Below are positions 16,921-27,421 of a stretch of DNA of 64,000 bases, in pieces. The notes below the pieces were generated by a model. It was not told where the DNA came from, did no database searches, and was given only the letters and a program-made list of their open reading frames with translations. Position 1 is the first letter of the stretch. Each line of letters begins with the position of its first letter. Made by a program: the position numbers and the translations under genes. Source of the DNA: Sulfuricurvum sp. (lineage in GTDB: Bacteria; Campylobacterota; Campylobacteria; Campylobacterales; Sulfurimonadaceae); the NCBI GenBank assembly GCA_041669045.1, contig JBAYBZ010000001.1, positions 68,082 through 132,081 of the forward strand. Direction: 5' to 3'.

Positions 16921-17328
16921 CTAAGAGATCTGCTTTGTGCTCTCCTTGTGCAACTCTTTATGCTTTCTAAGCTGGGTGAGTATATGCTCAATGGTGATCT
17001 TAGGAGCATACTGAAGCAGATCTACTATCTCCCTAGCCTGCCTTGAGTACTTGATGTTGTACTCACTCGCATACTCGATCTCAAAGCTAAAGAGATCCTG
17101 CTCACTCACCCCTAGCACCTCCGCTATGTAGGGCAAAAGCTCGACTCTTATCTCTCGCCTACCATTTAGGTATCTATATATACTCTGCTCTGTTGGCACC
17201 TCTCCTGTGATCTTTAGCTTTGGTTCAAGCAGAAGCAAGTTTTTTACAAAATCCTTCTTTGCTATCTTCTTCTCTTGCAAAAAATAGTTGATCTTCTCAT
17301 ACACTTCCAAGATATAGCCTTTAACCAA
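16921..17328 (-). CDS. XRE-family helix-turn-helix protein
   Basis: HTH-like segment (KIAKKDFVKNL...QSIYRYLNGRREIRVELLPYIAEVLGVSEQDLF). Confidence 0.6.
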   Translation of the reverse strand: MVKGYILEVYEKINYFLQEKKIAKKDFVKNLLLLEPKLKITGEVPTEQSIYRYLNGRREIRVELLPYIAEVLGVSEQDLFSFEIEYASEYNIKYSRQAREIVDLLQYAPKITIEHILTQLRKHKELHKESTKQIS

Positions 17329-17505
17329 AGTGGATTATTTTAAACAGAGTGTAAGAAGCAGTATAGTTAATATAAATTAACAACAAAGGATTATGTGAGT
17401 GATAAAAGCAAAATATACTAAACTCAAAAACATTTAAGTATGCCACTAGCTTTTATAGATGGTCTGTTTGAGTATAGTAAAATAGACTAATAGCCCCTCC
17501 ATTTT

Positions 17506-17514
17506 TGCTATAAT
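17506..17514 (+). promoter_or_regulatory. Extended -10 box TGCTATAAT upstream of panC
   Basis: Exact TGnTATAAT 27 nt before the TTG start at 17541. Confidence 0.4.
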
Positions 17515-17540
17515 TTCGCACTTTTAAAAACGGAGTCAAG

Positions 17541-18362
17541 TTGATAGTTGCAAAAAGCGTTTTAGATCTAAGATCTCACCTACAAGAGAGTACAAAAAGC
17601 ATCGGTTTTATCCCTACTATGGGGGCTTTGCATGAAGGGCACATAGCACTCATAAAAGAGGCAAAAAAGCAAAACGATCTAGTAGTAGTGAGTATCTTTG
17701 TAAACCCTACGCAGTTTTTAGCAGGTGAGGACTTTGAGCTTTACCCACGAAAAGATGAGGCAGACAAAGAGATCTGCCGTTTTGTAGGCGTAGATCTACT
17801 CTTTATGCCACAAGTAAACGAGATCTACTCGCAAGATGAGTGCTTTATAGAGGCTCCAAAGATGCGAGGCTATATCTTAGAAGGTCACTCAAGGGCGGGT
17901 CACTTTAGCGGAGTACTCACAGTTGTACTAAAGCTCTTAAACATTGTAAAACCAAGCCGTGCCTACTTTGGCAAAAAAGATGCCCAACAACTCTACCTCA
18001 TCACCCAGATGTGCAAAAGCCTATTTTTAGATGTGGAGATAGTTCCTTGTGAGATTGTGCGAGGCAAGGACACCCTAGCACTAAGCAGTCGCAACGCTTA
18101 CCTAAGCAAAGATGAACGCACCGAGGCACTAAAGATACCCCGTTCGCTTATGGTAGCAACAAATCTAGTCAAAAATGGCACGCTTGATTGCAAGATCATA
18201 GAGGAGAAGATGAGAGAGACTCTAAAGCCACTTGAAGTTGAGTACGCAGTGGTAGTTGATCGAAACTTAAATAAGCTAGAGCAAGTTAAAATCGGCAACT
18301 CCATCATACTTGTAGAAGCCAAAGTTGGCACCACAAGACTACTTGATAACATCTGGATCTAG
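17541..18362 (+). CDS. panC: Pantoate--beta-alanine ligase
   Basis: [10 protein letters not shown] and FGKKDAQQ motifs; full length. Confidence 0.9.
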   Translation: MIVAKSVLDLRSHLQESTKSIGFIPTMGALHEGHIALIKEAKKQNDLVVVSIFVNPTQFLAGEDFELYPRKDEADKEICRFVGVDLLFMPQVNEIYSQDECFIEAPKMRGYILEGHSRAGHFSGVLTVVLKLLNIVKPSRAYFGKKDAQQLYLITQMCKSLFLDVEIVPCEIVRGKDTLALSSRNAYLSKDERTEALKIPRSLMVATNLVKNGTLDCKIIEEKMRETLKPLEVEYAVVVDRNLNKLEQVKIGNSIILVEAKVGTTRLLDNIWI

Positions 18363-18424
18363 TACAAAGATCCAAACTTTACTTCATTAGCTTAATCAAC
18401 TGAACTACTATGCCATAAACTAGT

Positions 18425-19372
18425 TCAATCAACTAAACTACTAAGTATAAACTCTACTCGTTTTTTCGCCTTATAGTGCGGTTCATCGATCGCTTCGATG
18501 CTCTTTAGTATAGGGAGTAGTCCCCTTGAGTTTGCCACCTGTATCGATAACCCCGGTCTTGCATTTAGCTCCAAAAGCATAGCACCCTCATCACGATCTA
18601 GCACTATATCGACTCCTAGATACCCTAGCTTTGTGATCTCATAACACCTACTTGCTAGAAGAAGTAGCTCCTCCCAATTAGGCAGTGCGATACTACTTAG
18701 ATCTGCTTGCGTATCTGGGTGGGTAGCAATCACTGAGCCATTCATCACGGCATTTATCGCTCTACCACTTTGTATATCTATGCCCACGCCAACAGCTCCT
18801 TGATGCAGGTTCGCCTTACCATCAGACACCTTTGTGGAGAGGCGAAGCATCGCCATCACAGGGTAACCTCTAAAGATGATGATGCGAATATCTGGCACAC
18901 CTTGGTATGAGTATGGTTCAAAGAGTGGATCTATGTTTATGAGCGACTCGATGATGGCAACATCTTGATCACCACCTAGTGAAAATAGCCCTGCAAGCGT
19001 GTTTAAGAGGTGTCTTGCTATATCGTCATAGCTAAGTTTTTCTCCGCTTGACTTTACAAAAAGCTCACCATCTCTGCCTGTGATGACCAAAATCCCCTTA
19101 CCACCAGAGCCTTTCGCGGGCTTTATGGCAAAGCCACTTAGAGCCATTATGGCATCTTTGTGCCTTTTTATGTCATGGACAAACTCCACAACTAGCAGTA
19201 GTTTAGGGCTTTTGATGCCATACTTTGTGACTAGCTTTTTAGTCTTTAGCTTATCATCTACAAGCGGGTAGAGGCTTCGCTTATTGTAGCGGTTGATATA
19301 CTCAACATTTCTGCCATTTATGCCTAGTATCCCGCTTTCTCTTAGCTTCGATGGCGATATAAAAAGGCTCAC
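18425..19372 (-). CDS. Alpha-L-glutamate ligase-like ATP-grasp protein (RimK-related)
   Basis: ILGINGRNVEYI..YPLVDDKLKTK N-terminus and ATP-grasp core (KPAKGSGGKGI, LELNARPGL). GTGA overlap with the upstream gene. Confidence 0.8.
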   Translation of the reverse strand: MSLFISPSKLRESGILGINGRNVEYINRYNKRSLYPLVDDKLKTKKLVTKYGIKSPKLLLVVEFVHDIKRHKDAIMALSGFAIKPAKGSGGKGILVITGRDGELFVKSSGEKLSYDDIARHLLNTLAGLFSLGGDQDVAIIESLINIDPLFEPYSYQGVPDIRIIIFRGYPVMAMLRLSTKVSDGKANLHQGAVGVGIDIQSGRAINAVMNGSVIATHPDTQADLSSIALPNWEELLLLASRCYEITKLGYLGVDIVLDRDEGAMLLELNARPGLSIQVANSRGLLPILKSIEAIDEPHYKAKKRVEFILSSLVD

Positions 19373-20874
19373 GAGTTAGCTCTAAAATCTCTAAAACGGT
19401 AAAGCTCAAAGAGCCTATAACCCGCATATCTACCCATTAGCATCATCAGTGCTATGGCTATGAGGTTTATCTCTGGGAAGTTAAAACACAAGTGGGCGAT
19501 GTAGCCGTTTTGCATCGCTAGATAGACTAGCACAGCGATCAGCATACTCCCCCCGCCTTGGATCATAACCTCTTTTGCACCCTCTTCCTCCCACAGGATC
19601 GACATTCGCTCGATCGTCCATGATAGAATCACGATCGGGAAAAATGCCACGCTCATTCGCGAGTTGAAACCAAACTCATACCCAACGATCGCCATCACAC
19701 CCACCAAAAATATCACAATAGTGATGATAGTAGCGATCCTTGCAACTAGAAGCAGGTTTAGCCACGAGAGGTAGCTTCGTATCATAAGCCCGATGGCGAC
19801 AAGCACTATAAAGTTGATAGCACCTAGAAAAAGCGTGGTCTGCAAAAACGCCATCGCCAAAAGTACGGGCATAAATGTCCCAGATGTTCGCACGCCCACG
19901 ATGAGACGCATAAAAACAGTGATCAAAGCACCGATGGGGATAAGCAGAAGTATCTTAAAAAAGCTCTGCTCCTCAATAGGCAAGCGATGCACACTAAAGA
20001 AGTTAAAAACCCCGCTCTCTACGCTACTTTTGACCACCTCTATGGCGGGGATATTGTGCTCAAGCATAGCAAAACTAACATGAGCATTACTCGCCCCTAC
20101 TAGATCTATGAGCGACTTACCACCTCTTGACCAGAAAAAGTACTCTTTTGGATCGATGGGAGTTGGTTTTTTAGGATCAAAAAAGAGCCATCCATCGCCA
20201 TTTTTTACCTCTATTATGCTTCTAAGTGATTGATTTCGCCTCGCATCTTCTAAGCGAAGCACCATAGAGACGCGGTGAGAAACGCCCGCTTGACTAAGCA
20301 GAGTTGTCAAAACATCATCGTAGTTTCGCTTACGAAAGAGTATGGAGCTATTTTTACTGCTCTCTAGTTTTGAGGCGATCTTGATAAGCTCTTTTGTAAA
20401 GCTTATCTCATCACTTGACGCCTCATACGCCTCTTTTAGCACCTCATCAGCCGCAAGAGCCTCCGCCTCACTCCAGAGTATCTTAGCTTCTGGCACGCCC
20501 ATATAGCTCTCATCGCCACTAAGTCCCTCCTGCTTTAGCTGGATCTTATAGTAGATAGTCTGCCTTGTGTTTGCCTCTCTTTTGCTCCACTCGCCCCGTC
20601 TTGAGCCATCTTGGTAACTGATGTTAAACCCGTACCCAGATGAAACACTCTGCTCATAGAGTATGCCCGAGCTTGCATCTGGTATGTTAAGGCTTACAAG
20701 TATAGGAGTTTGTGGGGTGGGCATAAACTCCACTTTTGCCTCTATGTCCCAGATCTGCATTCGCTCATTTGAGAAAAATGGCATACCTGTCTCATAGTGC
20801 CTAAGAGTAGCAAGCACCACGCCCGTAGTGGCTATAAATGCAACGAGTGCATAAAAAAACGCTCTATTTTTCAT
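19369..20874 (-). CDS. Inactive-transglutaminase-like domain fused to a 7-TM region
   Basis: N-terminal TM, about 270-aa extracytoplasmic domain, C-terminal block of about 7 TM helices. Conserved neighbour of the ATP-grasp gene. Confidence 0.7.
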   Translation of the reverse strand: MKNRAFFYALVAFIATTGVVLATLRHYETGMPFFSNERMQIWDIEAKVEFMPTPQTPILVSLNIPDASSGILYEQSVSSGYGFNISYQDGSRRGEWSKREANTRQTIYYKIQLKQEGLSGDESYMGVPEAKILWSEAEALAADEVLKEAYEASSDEISFTKELIKIASKLESSKNSSILFRKRNYDDVLTTLLSQAGVSHRVSMVLRLEDARRNQSLRSIIEVKNGDGWLFFDPKKPTPIDPKEYFFWSRGGKSLIDLVGASNAHVSFAMLEHNIPAIEVVKSSVESGVFNFFSVHRLPIEEQSFFKILLLIPIGALITVFMRLIVGVRTSGTFMPVLLAMAFLQTTLFLGAINFIVLVAIGLMIRSYLSWLNLLLVARIATIITIVIFLVGVMAIVGYEFGFNSRMSVAFFPIVILSWTIERMSILWEEEGAKEVMIQGGGSMLIAVLVYLAMQNGYIAHLCFNFPEINLIAIALMMLMGRYAGYRLFELYRFRDFRANS

Positions 20875-21686
20875 GGTTTGGATATACCATTTTCTTCAAG
20901 CACAAGCGGAGCGAGATGATCCCTACTAACATCAACTACTATCATATCTTGCAAAGCGTTTCTACCAACTAGCACGCCATAGTTCATATGACTACGATCA
21001 GTTAGGCTAAACTCCACAAGCTGGGTTTTGTTGGCAAGCCTTAGCTTCAGTGCCACAACCACCCGTTTACTACCTTGTTCATTAGATGACTGCGTAATCT
21101 TGATGTGCCTTGCTATCTGTTTTTCTATGACAAAGCTCTCATCATTCACTCTGCTTGGGAACTCAAACCTCACCCACTTTTTGCCATCTCGCTCAAACTC
21201 CTCTATGCCTCTAGCATCGATCGAGGAGATCTCCGCACCCGTATCGATCCTAGCATCTAAGATAAACTCCGATGGGGTAATCTGCACTCGCTCCACTCCG
21301 CCTACTACTAGCTTATCTTTGAAGCTTTTAAGCTCCTTAATCTTAGCGTCTGGTGGGGGTGCACCTAGCAGTTTTAGTTGCTCATTTTGCCTATTTTGCA
21401 GATCTTTTAGCTCATCTAGGCGAGTGCTTATCTCTTGAAGTTGTGACTCTGTTTTAGCCAGAGATGCCCTAAGCTCAGATCTACTATCTTTGAGATCTGC
21501 TATCTCGCTACTATTTTTCGCTTCAAGCGTTACTATTTTGTCATTGACTTTTTGTGTGAGTCTATGCTCAGCTACATTTATATGCTCTTTGAGTTCTTGG
21601 AGTTTTGCCTCAGAAACGGGAGGCTCTTTTATGGTACAACCACCAAATAGTAGCACCATAGCAAATGGTAAGTAGAGCTTTTTCAC
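20871..21686 (-). CDS. Lipoprotein with coiled-coil region and retropepsin-like (RimK-associated 'ATP-dependent zinc protease' family) domain
   Basis: Lipobox LLFGGC, heptad-rich residues about 25-110, then ARIDTGAEISSIDA (D-T-G aspartic motif). ATGA overlap with the downstream gene. Confidence 0.65.
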   Translation of the reverse strand: MKKLYLPFAMVLLFGGCTIKEPPVSEAKLQELKEHINVAEHRLTQKVNDKIVTLEAKNSSEIADLKDSRSELRASLAKTESQLQEISTRLDELKDLQNRQNEQLKLLGAPPPDAKIKELKSFKDKLVVGGVERVQITPSEFILDARIDTGAEISSIDARGIEEFERDGKKWVRFEFPSRVNDESFVIEKQIARHIKITQSSNEQGSKRVVVALKLRLANKTQLVEFSLTDRSHMNYGVLVGRNALQDMIVVDVSRDHLAPLVLEENGISKP

Positions 21687-21741
21687 AACTGTTCCTTGTT
21701 TATGAAACGAAATTAAATCACAAAAATGATTAATACGCAGT

Positions 21742-22623
21742 TTACTTTTTTACCCTCTCTAATCTCTGGTTTTCTTGGGCTTTATAAAGCTCTGCACACC
21801 CCTTTGAAAGCTCGCGGATCTTAAGTATATAGTTTTGTCTCTCAGTTTGGCTGATCGCTTTTCTAGCATCTAGGACATTAAAGGTATTTGCCGCCATCAT
21901 ACATAGATCATAAGCAGGTAGCGGAAGCTCTGCATCTAATGCTCTTTGACACTCCTTACTTTTAGCGTTAAACTCATCAAAAAGCATCGCCGTATCTGCT
22001 ACTTCAAAGTTGTACTTGCTAAACTGATACTCCGCCTCTTTATGTACATCGCGGTAGTAGGTTTTGCCATGTTCATTTTCGCCCCACACTATGTCAAACA
22101 CACTCTCAACACCCTGCAGGTACATAGCAAGCCTCTCTGTGCCATAAGTGATCTCGACAGCAACTGGTTTGCACTCTATCCCGCCAACTTGTTGGAAATA
22201 TGTAAACTGTGTCACCTCCATACCATTTAGCCAAACCTCCCAGCCAAGCCCCCATGCACCAAGTGTTGGCGACTCCCAGTTATCCTCTACAAATCGTATG
22301 TCGTTGTTTTTGAGATCAAGCCCCAGATACTCCAGTGAGCTAAGATATAGCTCCTGTATGTTTTGTGGACTAGGTTTGATGAGGACTTGAAACTGATAGT
22401 AGCTCCCTAAGCGGTTTGGGTTTTCGCCGTATCTACCATCTGTTGGGCGTCTTGATGGTGCTACATACGCCACTGACCACGGCGTAGAGTCGAGGGATCG
22501 TAAAAATGTCGCAGGGTGAAAAGTTCCAGCACCTGCTGGTATATCGTAGGGTTGAATGATATTGCACCCCTGTTTTTGCCAAAACTCTTGAAGCTTAAGT
22601 AGCATGTTAGAAAAAGTGATCAT
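21742..22623 (-). CDS. glyQ: Glycine--tRNA ligase alpha subunit
   Basis: Highly conserved GlyQ sequence ([27 protein letters not shown]). Start taken at ATG 22623. Confidence 0.9.
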   Translation of the reverse strand: MITFSNMLLKLQEFWQKQGCNIIQPYDIPAGAGTFHPATFLRSLDSTPWSVAYVAPSRRPTDGRYGENPNRLGSYYQFQVLIKPSPQNIQELYLSSLEYLGLDLKNNDIRFVEDNWESPTLGAWGLGWEVWLNGMEVTQFTYFQQVGGIECKPVAVEITYGTERLAMYLQGVESVFDIVWGENEHGKTYYRDVHKEAEYQFSKYNFEVADTAMLFDEFNAKSKECQRALDAELPLPAYDLCMMAANTFNVLDARKAISQTERQNYILKIRELSKGCAELYKAQENQRLERVKK

Positions 22624-22646
22624 ATTTGTTCCTATTTTTTGAAATT

Positions 22647-23504
22647 TTAACACATTTTGCAGATAATCTCACCCACACTCTGCCCTAGTGATCTTGCAAC
22701 CACTTCGCACTTTACCTTTAGTAAAAAGCAGACTTCGCCCCTATGTGTAGGACTAAGCGACTCATAGTTACCCATACCCTTAGAGATAACTAGATCTACG
22801 CTATCGAAGAGATCTCTTGCCTCTTTTGTGGCTCTTTGGTAGTCAAACCCAGGGGTATCAACTCCGCTATCTACCACCTTTGCTACTTCACCAAGCCCTG
22901 AAGAGATCGCCTCATCGTAGGTTATGTCGTTGATGATTGGTGCTCCACGACTCATAAAGTAGAGCTTTTTTGTAGGATAAAGCTCTCTTATGGTTTGTAA
23001 AAATAGCTTATCAAATATATGCTCACCTGCGTTATCACCTAGCAGAAGCACACTTTTAGACTCTTCAAGAGCAGATCTAAAGTGCTCAAAGTGATCTATG
23101 GCAAAAGGTGTGCAAAAGATGCTCTCAAGCTCATCTTCTAAGCTAAACTCAACCTTTGCAGCTAGATCTATAACATTGCCCGCAACTGCAACTTTTGTAG
23201 CAGTTAGTAGCTTCTCATCTGAGGTGGCTATGCGGTGCGAGAGCTTATCAATATACCCAAGAGCCTTAAGAGTAGCATCTCTTTTTTGCTTAGCATATAG
23301 ATCACTCATACCAGCGATGAGTGCCATCTCTTTGTAAACATAAGCTGCGACTTGTGGCGGAGTGTGCGAAAAGCTAAACTCACGACTAAGCTCCTCTACG
23401 CGAGAATGAAGTTTGTGCGTTAGATCTGCATCAGCGTTGATCGCTTTTGCGACCTTTAAACTCTGCTCTACTATACAACTAACACACGCTTCATGTAGAA
23501 GCAT
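22647..23504 (-). CDS. DUF89/ARMT1-like damage-control phosphatase family protein
   Basis: [13 protein letters not shown] and ISKGMGNYE motifs typical of DUF89. Confidence 0.7.
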   Translation of the reverse strand: MLLHEACVSCIVEQSLKVAKAINADADLTHKLHSRVEELSREFSFSHTPPQVAAYVYKEMALIAGMSDLYAKQKRDATLKALGYIDKLSHRIATSDEKLLTATKVAVAGNVIDLAAKVEFSLEDELESIFCTPFAIDHFEHFRSALEESKSVLLLGDNAGEHIFDKLFLQTIRELYPTKKLYFMSRGAPIINDITYDEAISSGLGEVAKVVDSGVDTPGFDYQRATKEARDLFDSVDLVISKGMGNYESLSPTHRGEVCFLLKVKCEVVARSLGQSVGEIICKMC

Positions 23505-23976
23505 GGCTTGTGTGCTCCTCGATGGTTTTGTTCCACATTAGCTTATATTTGCGTCTCATAAACTCCACCTCTTGTTGTGAGAGTTTTAGTTGCTCTTGAA
23601 GCGTAGCAATGGTTTTGCGATCCTCTTCATACAGCTCTTGAAGCGATGAGAGAGCATCTCGCAAGAACTCATTTTCGTTTTTGAGTGAAGCTAATGTCTC
23701 ATCTTTTGCATCTAGAACTTTTTCGTGCAAGTTTATGATAGTACCGATCGTTTTTTCCACAAACATCGGCTCAACAGAGATGTTTTTCATCTCTTTTAGC
23801 ACTTCAAGCTCTTTTAGCTTTGCAGGTATCACCGCACTAGCACCACGAGATGGATCTATGTAGCGAACCCCACCCTCAACCTTGCTTGCAAGCTTACCGC
23901 GAGAGATGAGATCCTCAATCGCACCATCATCAAGCCCACTTAGAGCCTTATACTCATCTATACTCATCCATTTCAT
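23491..23976 (-). CDS. Hypothetical coiled-coil protein
   Basis: ORF in an operon context; the C-terminal half is coiled-coil-like. No recognisable catalytic motif. Confidence 0.5.
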   Translation of the reverse strand: MKWMSIDEYKALSGLDDGAIEDLISRGKLASKVEGGVRYIDPSRGASAVIPAKLKELEVLKEMKNISVEPMFVEKTIGTIINLHEKVLDAKDETLASLKNENEFLRDALSSLQELYEEDRKTIATLQEQLKLSQQEVEFMRRKYKLMWNKTIEEHTSHAST

Positions 23977-23985
23977 AGCACTACC

Positions 23986-24483
23986 CTACTCTAAGATGGT
24001 CTCGATCGTACTTGAGTCCATCTCCACTTGCTTTGCTTTTGCGATGCGATCCTCTTTTAGTTTGATACTTAGCTCTTCATCATCAAGTGCTAAGATCTGC
24101 ATCGCTAAGTACGCGGAGTTTATAGCTCCTGCTTTGCCGATGGCAACCGTTGCCACGGGCATACCTGCTGGCATCTGCACAGTTGAGAGAAGTGCATCGA
24201 TCCCGCTAAGTGCAGAGGCACTCATAGGCACGCCGATGACTGGTCTAACGGTTTTACTAGCTAGCACGCCCGCTAAGTGAGCCGCCATACCCGCCGCGGC
24301 TATAAAGACTCTAGCACCCTTTTTCTCTGCTGTTTGTATGTAGGTTTTGGTTCTCTCAGGTGAGCGGTGAGCAGATGAGATGATAAGCTCATACTTCACG
24401 CCAAACGCCTCAAAAGTGTCCGAACAACTCTTCATAACCTCAAAATCGCTCTTAGATCCCATAATAATCGAAACAAACTTCAT
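23986..24483 (-). CDS. purE: 5-(carboxyamino)imidazole ribonucleotide mutase
   Basis: IIMGSKSD and [14 protein letters not shown] PurE motifs. Confidence 0.9.
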   Translation of the reverse strand: MKFVSIIMGSKSDFEVMKSCSDTFEAFGVKYELIISSAHRSPERTKTYIQTAEKKGARVFIAAAGMAAHLAGVLASKTVRPVIGVPMSASALSGIDALLSTVQMPAGMPVATVAIGKAGAINSAYLAMQILALDDEELSIKLKEDRIAKAKQVEMDSSTIETILE

Positions 24484-25782
24484 CTATTCTCCTTGGTTTT
24501 TCGGGTAAGTTAGCATATCTGGGTGAGATGGTATGCGTAAAAATGTGTGTGGCGGAAGCTTGGTAGGTAGCTTTATAGGGTTTGTGTTGCCACTATGGAT
24601 CTCGTCCCACACCTTGCCATTTTGAGCCAAAAGCTTCTTAAACTTCACATAAAAAACACCATCTCGCTCGTAGATGCTTCCTAAGTCATTTTCTACCAGA
24701 TCCACACTAGATCCACTAGGCGAGACGATCTCTTGTTCATCATCTGGACGAGTTGTGAAGCGACACAAAAACCACTCTCCACTCTCATCAACTTGAGCGG
24801 TGACTTGGTGCGTGCCTTGTTGTATGGTGAAGTCAAGGCTTTGTGTGTCATTTTTTTCAAACGGTCTTGAGACTAGGTAAGCATCGGTGTAGCCACGATT
24901 TTGAAGTGAGTTTAGCTCATGATCATATCTGCTAGTATCGATATCGCCACTATAATAGTCATCGATCGCCATCTTGTACGCTTTGGCACTCACCGCCGCG
25001 TAGTATGCACTTTTGGTGCGTCCCTCGATCTTTAGTGAGTCCACTGCCCCACTCTCAAGGATCTCTTTTATGTGGTGTGAGAGGTTTAGATCTTTAGAGT
25101 TCATAATATAAGTACCCACGCCATCGTCCTCTTCTAGGCGAAAGAGCGTGCCTGTTTCAGGGTTTGCAGCGTAGATCTCATAAGGGAAGCGACAATCATT
25201 TGCACAACTTCCACGGTTTGGCACTCTGCCACTTTGAAGCGTGGAGATGAGGCATCTGCCACTATATGCAAAGCACATAGATCCATGCACAAACACCTCA
25301 AGTTCAAGATCTGGAAGATGCTCTTTTATGGCGACTAGATCTTTTAGCGAGATCTCTCTTGCAGTGATAATGCGAGTAGCCCCAAGATCGCGGTAGATCT
25401 CAGCATCTAAAGCGTTCATAACATTTGCTTGAGTAGAGAGATGAAGTGGCATATCGGGTGCAAGATCTTTACAGAGCTTCAAAACCCCTGGAGTGGCGAC
25501 TATAAAGGCATCAGGCTTAAGTTCTGCCATTTGTGAGATGTGCTTTTTTAGAAGATTTAGCTGTGAGTTAAATGGAAAACCGTTGATGGTAGCATAGACT
25601 TTTTTGCCTCTTGCGTGAGCATAGTCTATACCTTCGCCAAACTCCTCCCAGCTAAACTCTTTGCCAGATCTTATGCGAAGAGAGAAGTGGCTCACACCAC
25701 CATAAACTGCGTCAGCACCGTAGCTAAGAGCGATCTTTAGCTTCTCTAGTGTGCCCGCGGGCGAGAGTAGTTCTGCTCTCAT
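24484..25782 (-). CDS. Peptidase U32 family protein (PrtC-like)
   Basis: ELLSPAG N-terminus and EVFVHGSMCFAYSGRC U32 signature. Confidence 0.85.
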   Translation of the reverse strand: MRAELLSPAGTLEKLKIALSYGADAVYGGVSHFSLRIRSGKEFSWEEFGEGIDYAHARGKKVYATINGFPFNSQLNLLKKHISQMAELKPDAFIVATPGVLKLCKDLAPDMPLHLSTQANVMNALDAEIYRDLGATRIITAREISLKDLVAIKEHLPDLELEVFVHGSMCFAYSGRCLISTLQSGRVPNRGSCANDCRFPYEIYAANPETGTLFRLEEDDGVGTYIMNSKDLNLSHHIKEILESGAVDSLKIEGRTKSAYYAAVSAKAYKMAIDDYYSGDIDTSRYDHELNSLQNRGYTDAYLVSRPFEKNDTQSLDFTIQQGTHQVTAQVDESGEWFLCRFTTRPDDEQEIVSPSGSSVDLVENDLGSIYERDGVFYVKFKKLLAQNGKVWDEIHSGNTNPIKLPTKLPPHTFLRIPSHPDMLTYPKNQGE

Positions 25783-26501
25783 TTTTTGGCAAACTGAGCG
25801 AGCAATGCTTCTATATCATCTTCGCTTACAGTTTCGTTGTGAGTATCCCCCACGATATGTTGAGCTGAACTTACTCGCTTACTATCATCTATGCGAGCTT
25901 CAAAGAGGCTATTTAGGTAGTTTGAGAGTGCTCGCATCACATTGATAACACGCTCAATCTTTTGACGATGTATATCTTGATACTGCATAATATCCATAAC
26001 GCTCATCAAAGCATCGCCATTTGTTTGACACATCTCTACTAGCTCGCTACAACTCTGTTTCGCCTCTTTGTTTAGCTCCAACTGCTCGCCAAATGCTTTT
26101 ATATCTGGAAAACGCACGCTAAGTTTCTCAAAAAGCTCGATATTTTTACCCACTACTTGTGCGAGGCTCTCAACTACTGCCTCTTTTTCCATCATATCGT
26201 TTGAGATCTGCTCAACTATGTCAAAGATCTGCGTGGCTTTTTCTTCACTCTCTTTGGTCACATCATCTAGCTGATGCACCATTTTGTTCTCTTGAGTTGC
26301 TGGAAGTGGCCAGTGATGAGCAGTTTGGTTGGAGTAACCCACTGGCTTATCTGCATCATTAGCTACGAAACTACCCTCATCATCAAGCTCCTCTACCTGC
26401 TCATCTTGAAGATCCGTCTCGTCCATCTCATCAAGTCCGCCACTCATAAGTGCATCTAGTTCTTCTTGAGTCATAACCCCATCTCCAGATATATTAGCCA
26501 A
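25779..26501 (-). CDS. cheZ: CheZ-like chemotaxis phosphatase (remote CheZ_HP type)
   Basis: Acidic N-terminus and C-terminal MQYQDIHRQKIERV carrying the CheZ D..Q catalytic spacing. Sits next to a U32 peptidase gene, as I recall for H. pylori. Confidence 0.55.
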   Translation of the reverse strand: MANISGDGVMTQEELDALMSGGLDEMDETDLQDEQVEELDDEGSFVANDADKPVGYSNQTAHHWPLPATQENKMVHQLDDVTKESEEKATQIFDIVEQISNDMMEKEAVVESLAQVVGKNIELFEKLSVRFPDIKAFGEQLELNKEAKQSCSELVEMCQTNGDALMSVMDIMQYQDIHRQKIERVINVMRALSNYLNSLFEARIDDSKRVSSAQHIVGDTHNETVSEDDIEALLAQFAKK

Positions 26502-26518
26502 TTGCTAAATTGTAATTT

Positions 26519-26527
26519 TGTTATAAT
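26519..26527 (+). promoter_or_regulatory. Extended -10 box TGTTATAAT
   Basis: Exact TGnTATAAT 31 nt upstream of ATG 26558. Confidence 0.35.
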
Positions 26528-26557
26528 ATCATAAAAAAGTATCAATATAGGCTTAAC

Positions 26558-27343
26558 ATGACAGTAGATCTACACAACCATACCAAACTTTGCAACCACG
26601 CCACAGGTGAGATGAGAGAGTATATTGAAGCTGCCATCGCTAAGGGGATCAAGCACTTTGGCTTTAGCGATCACGCCCCAATGAGCTTCGATCCAGCTTA
26701 TCGTATGAGCTTTAGCGATATGAGCAGATATGAGAGCGATGTGCTTGAGCTAAAGGATCACTACCGTGACCAGATCGAAGTGCTTTTAGCCTACGAAGTG
26801 GACTACCTTGTGGGGCATATGGATCCTCGTGTGCTTAGTGCAGATGTGGACTATCTCATAGGCTCTGTACACTTTTTGGACGGTTGGGGGTTTGATAACC
26901 CAGAGTTTATGGGCAAGTATGATAGCCTAGATCTTGATGAGCTTTGGGAGCACTACTTTGCAACCATAACCGCAATGGTAAAGAGTGCTCATTTTGACAT
27001 AGTTGGGCATATAGATCTACTAAAACTCTTCAAGTTTTTGCCAAAAAAGCACTCTCTAGCTGATCTAGCTTATGACTCGCTTGTAGCCATAAAAGACTCA
27101 GATATGACACTTGAGGTAAATATGTCAGGACTTAGAAAACCAATCGGTGAGATCTACCCATCAAAGCAGATCTTGGAGTTAGCTTACTCTCTTGGGGTCG
27201 ATATCACCTTTGGTTCAGATGCACACGATCCCGCTCAAGTGGGGCTTTATGCAAAAGAGGTGCTAGATCTCGCCACAAGCGTAGGTTATAAAAGGTGTGC
27301 CCTTTATAAAAGTCGCAAAAAAGAGCTGATACCAATAAGTTAA
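26558..27343 (+). CDS. PHP-family histidinol-phosphatase (HisJ type)
   Basis: VDLHNHT N-terminus and FGSDAH near the C-terminus; length typical of the family. Confidence 0.75.
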   Translation: MTVDLHNHTKLCNHATGEMREYIEAAIAKGIKHFGFSDHAPMSFDPAYRMSFSDMSRYESDVLELKDHYRDQIEVLLAYEVDYLVGHMDPRVLSADVDYLIGSVHFLDGWGFDNPEFMGKYDSLDLDELWEHYFATITAMVKSAHFDIVGHIDLLKLFKFLPKKHSLADLAYDSLVAIKDSDMTLEVNMSGLRKPIGEIYPSKQILELAYSLGVDITFGSDAHDPAQVGLYAKEVLDLATSVGYKRCALYKSRKKELIPIS

Positions 27344-27421
27344 ATATAAGATAAAGCAGTTTTAAAGAGTTGTAAAAGTATAATTTGCTCACTTTTAAAC
27401 TCAAAAAAAGGTAGTAAACTT

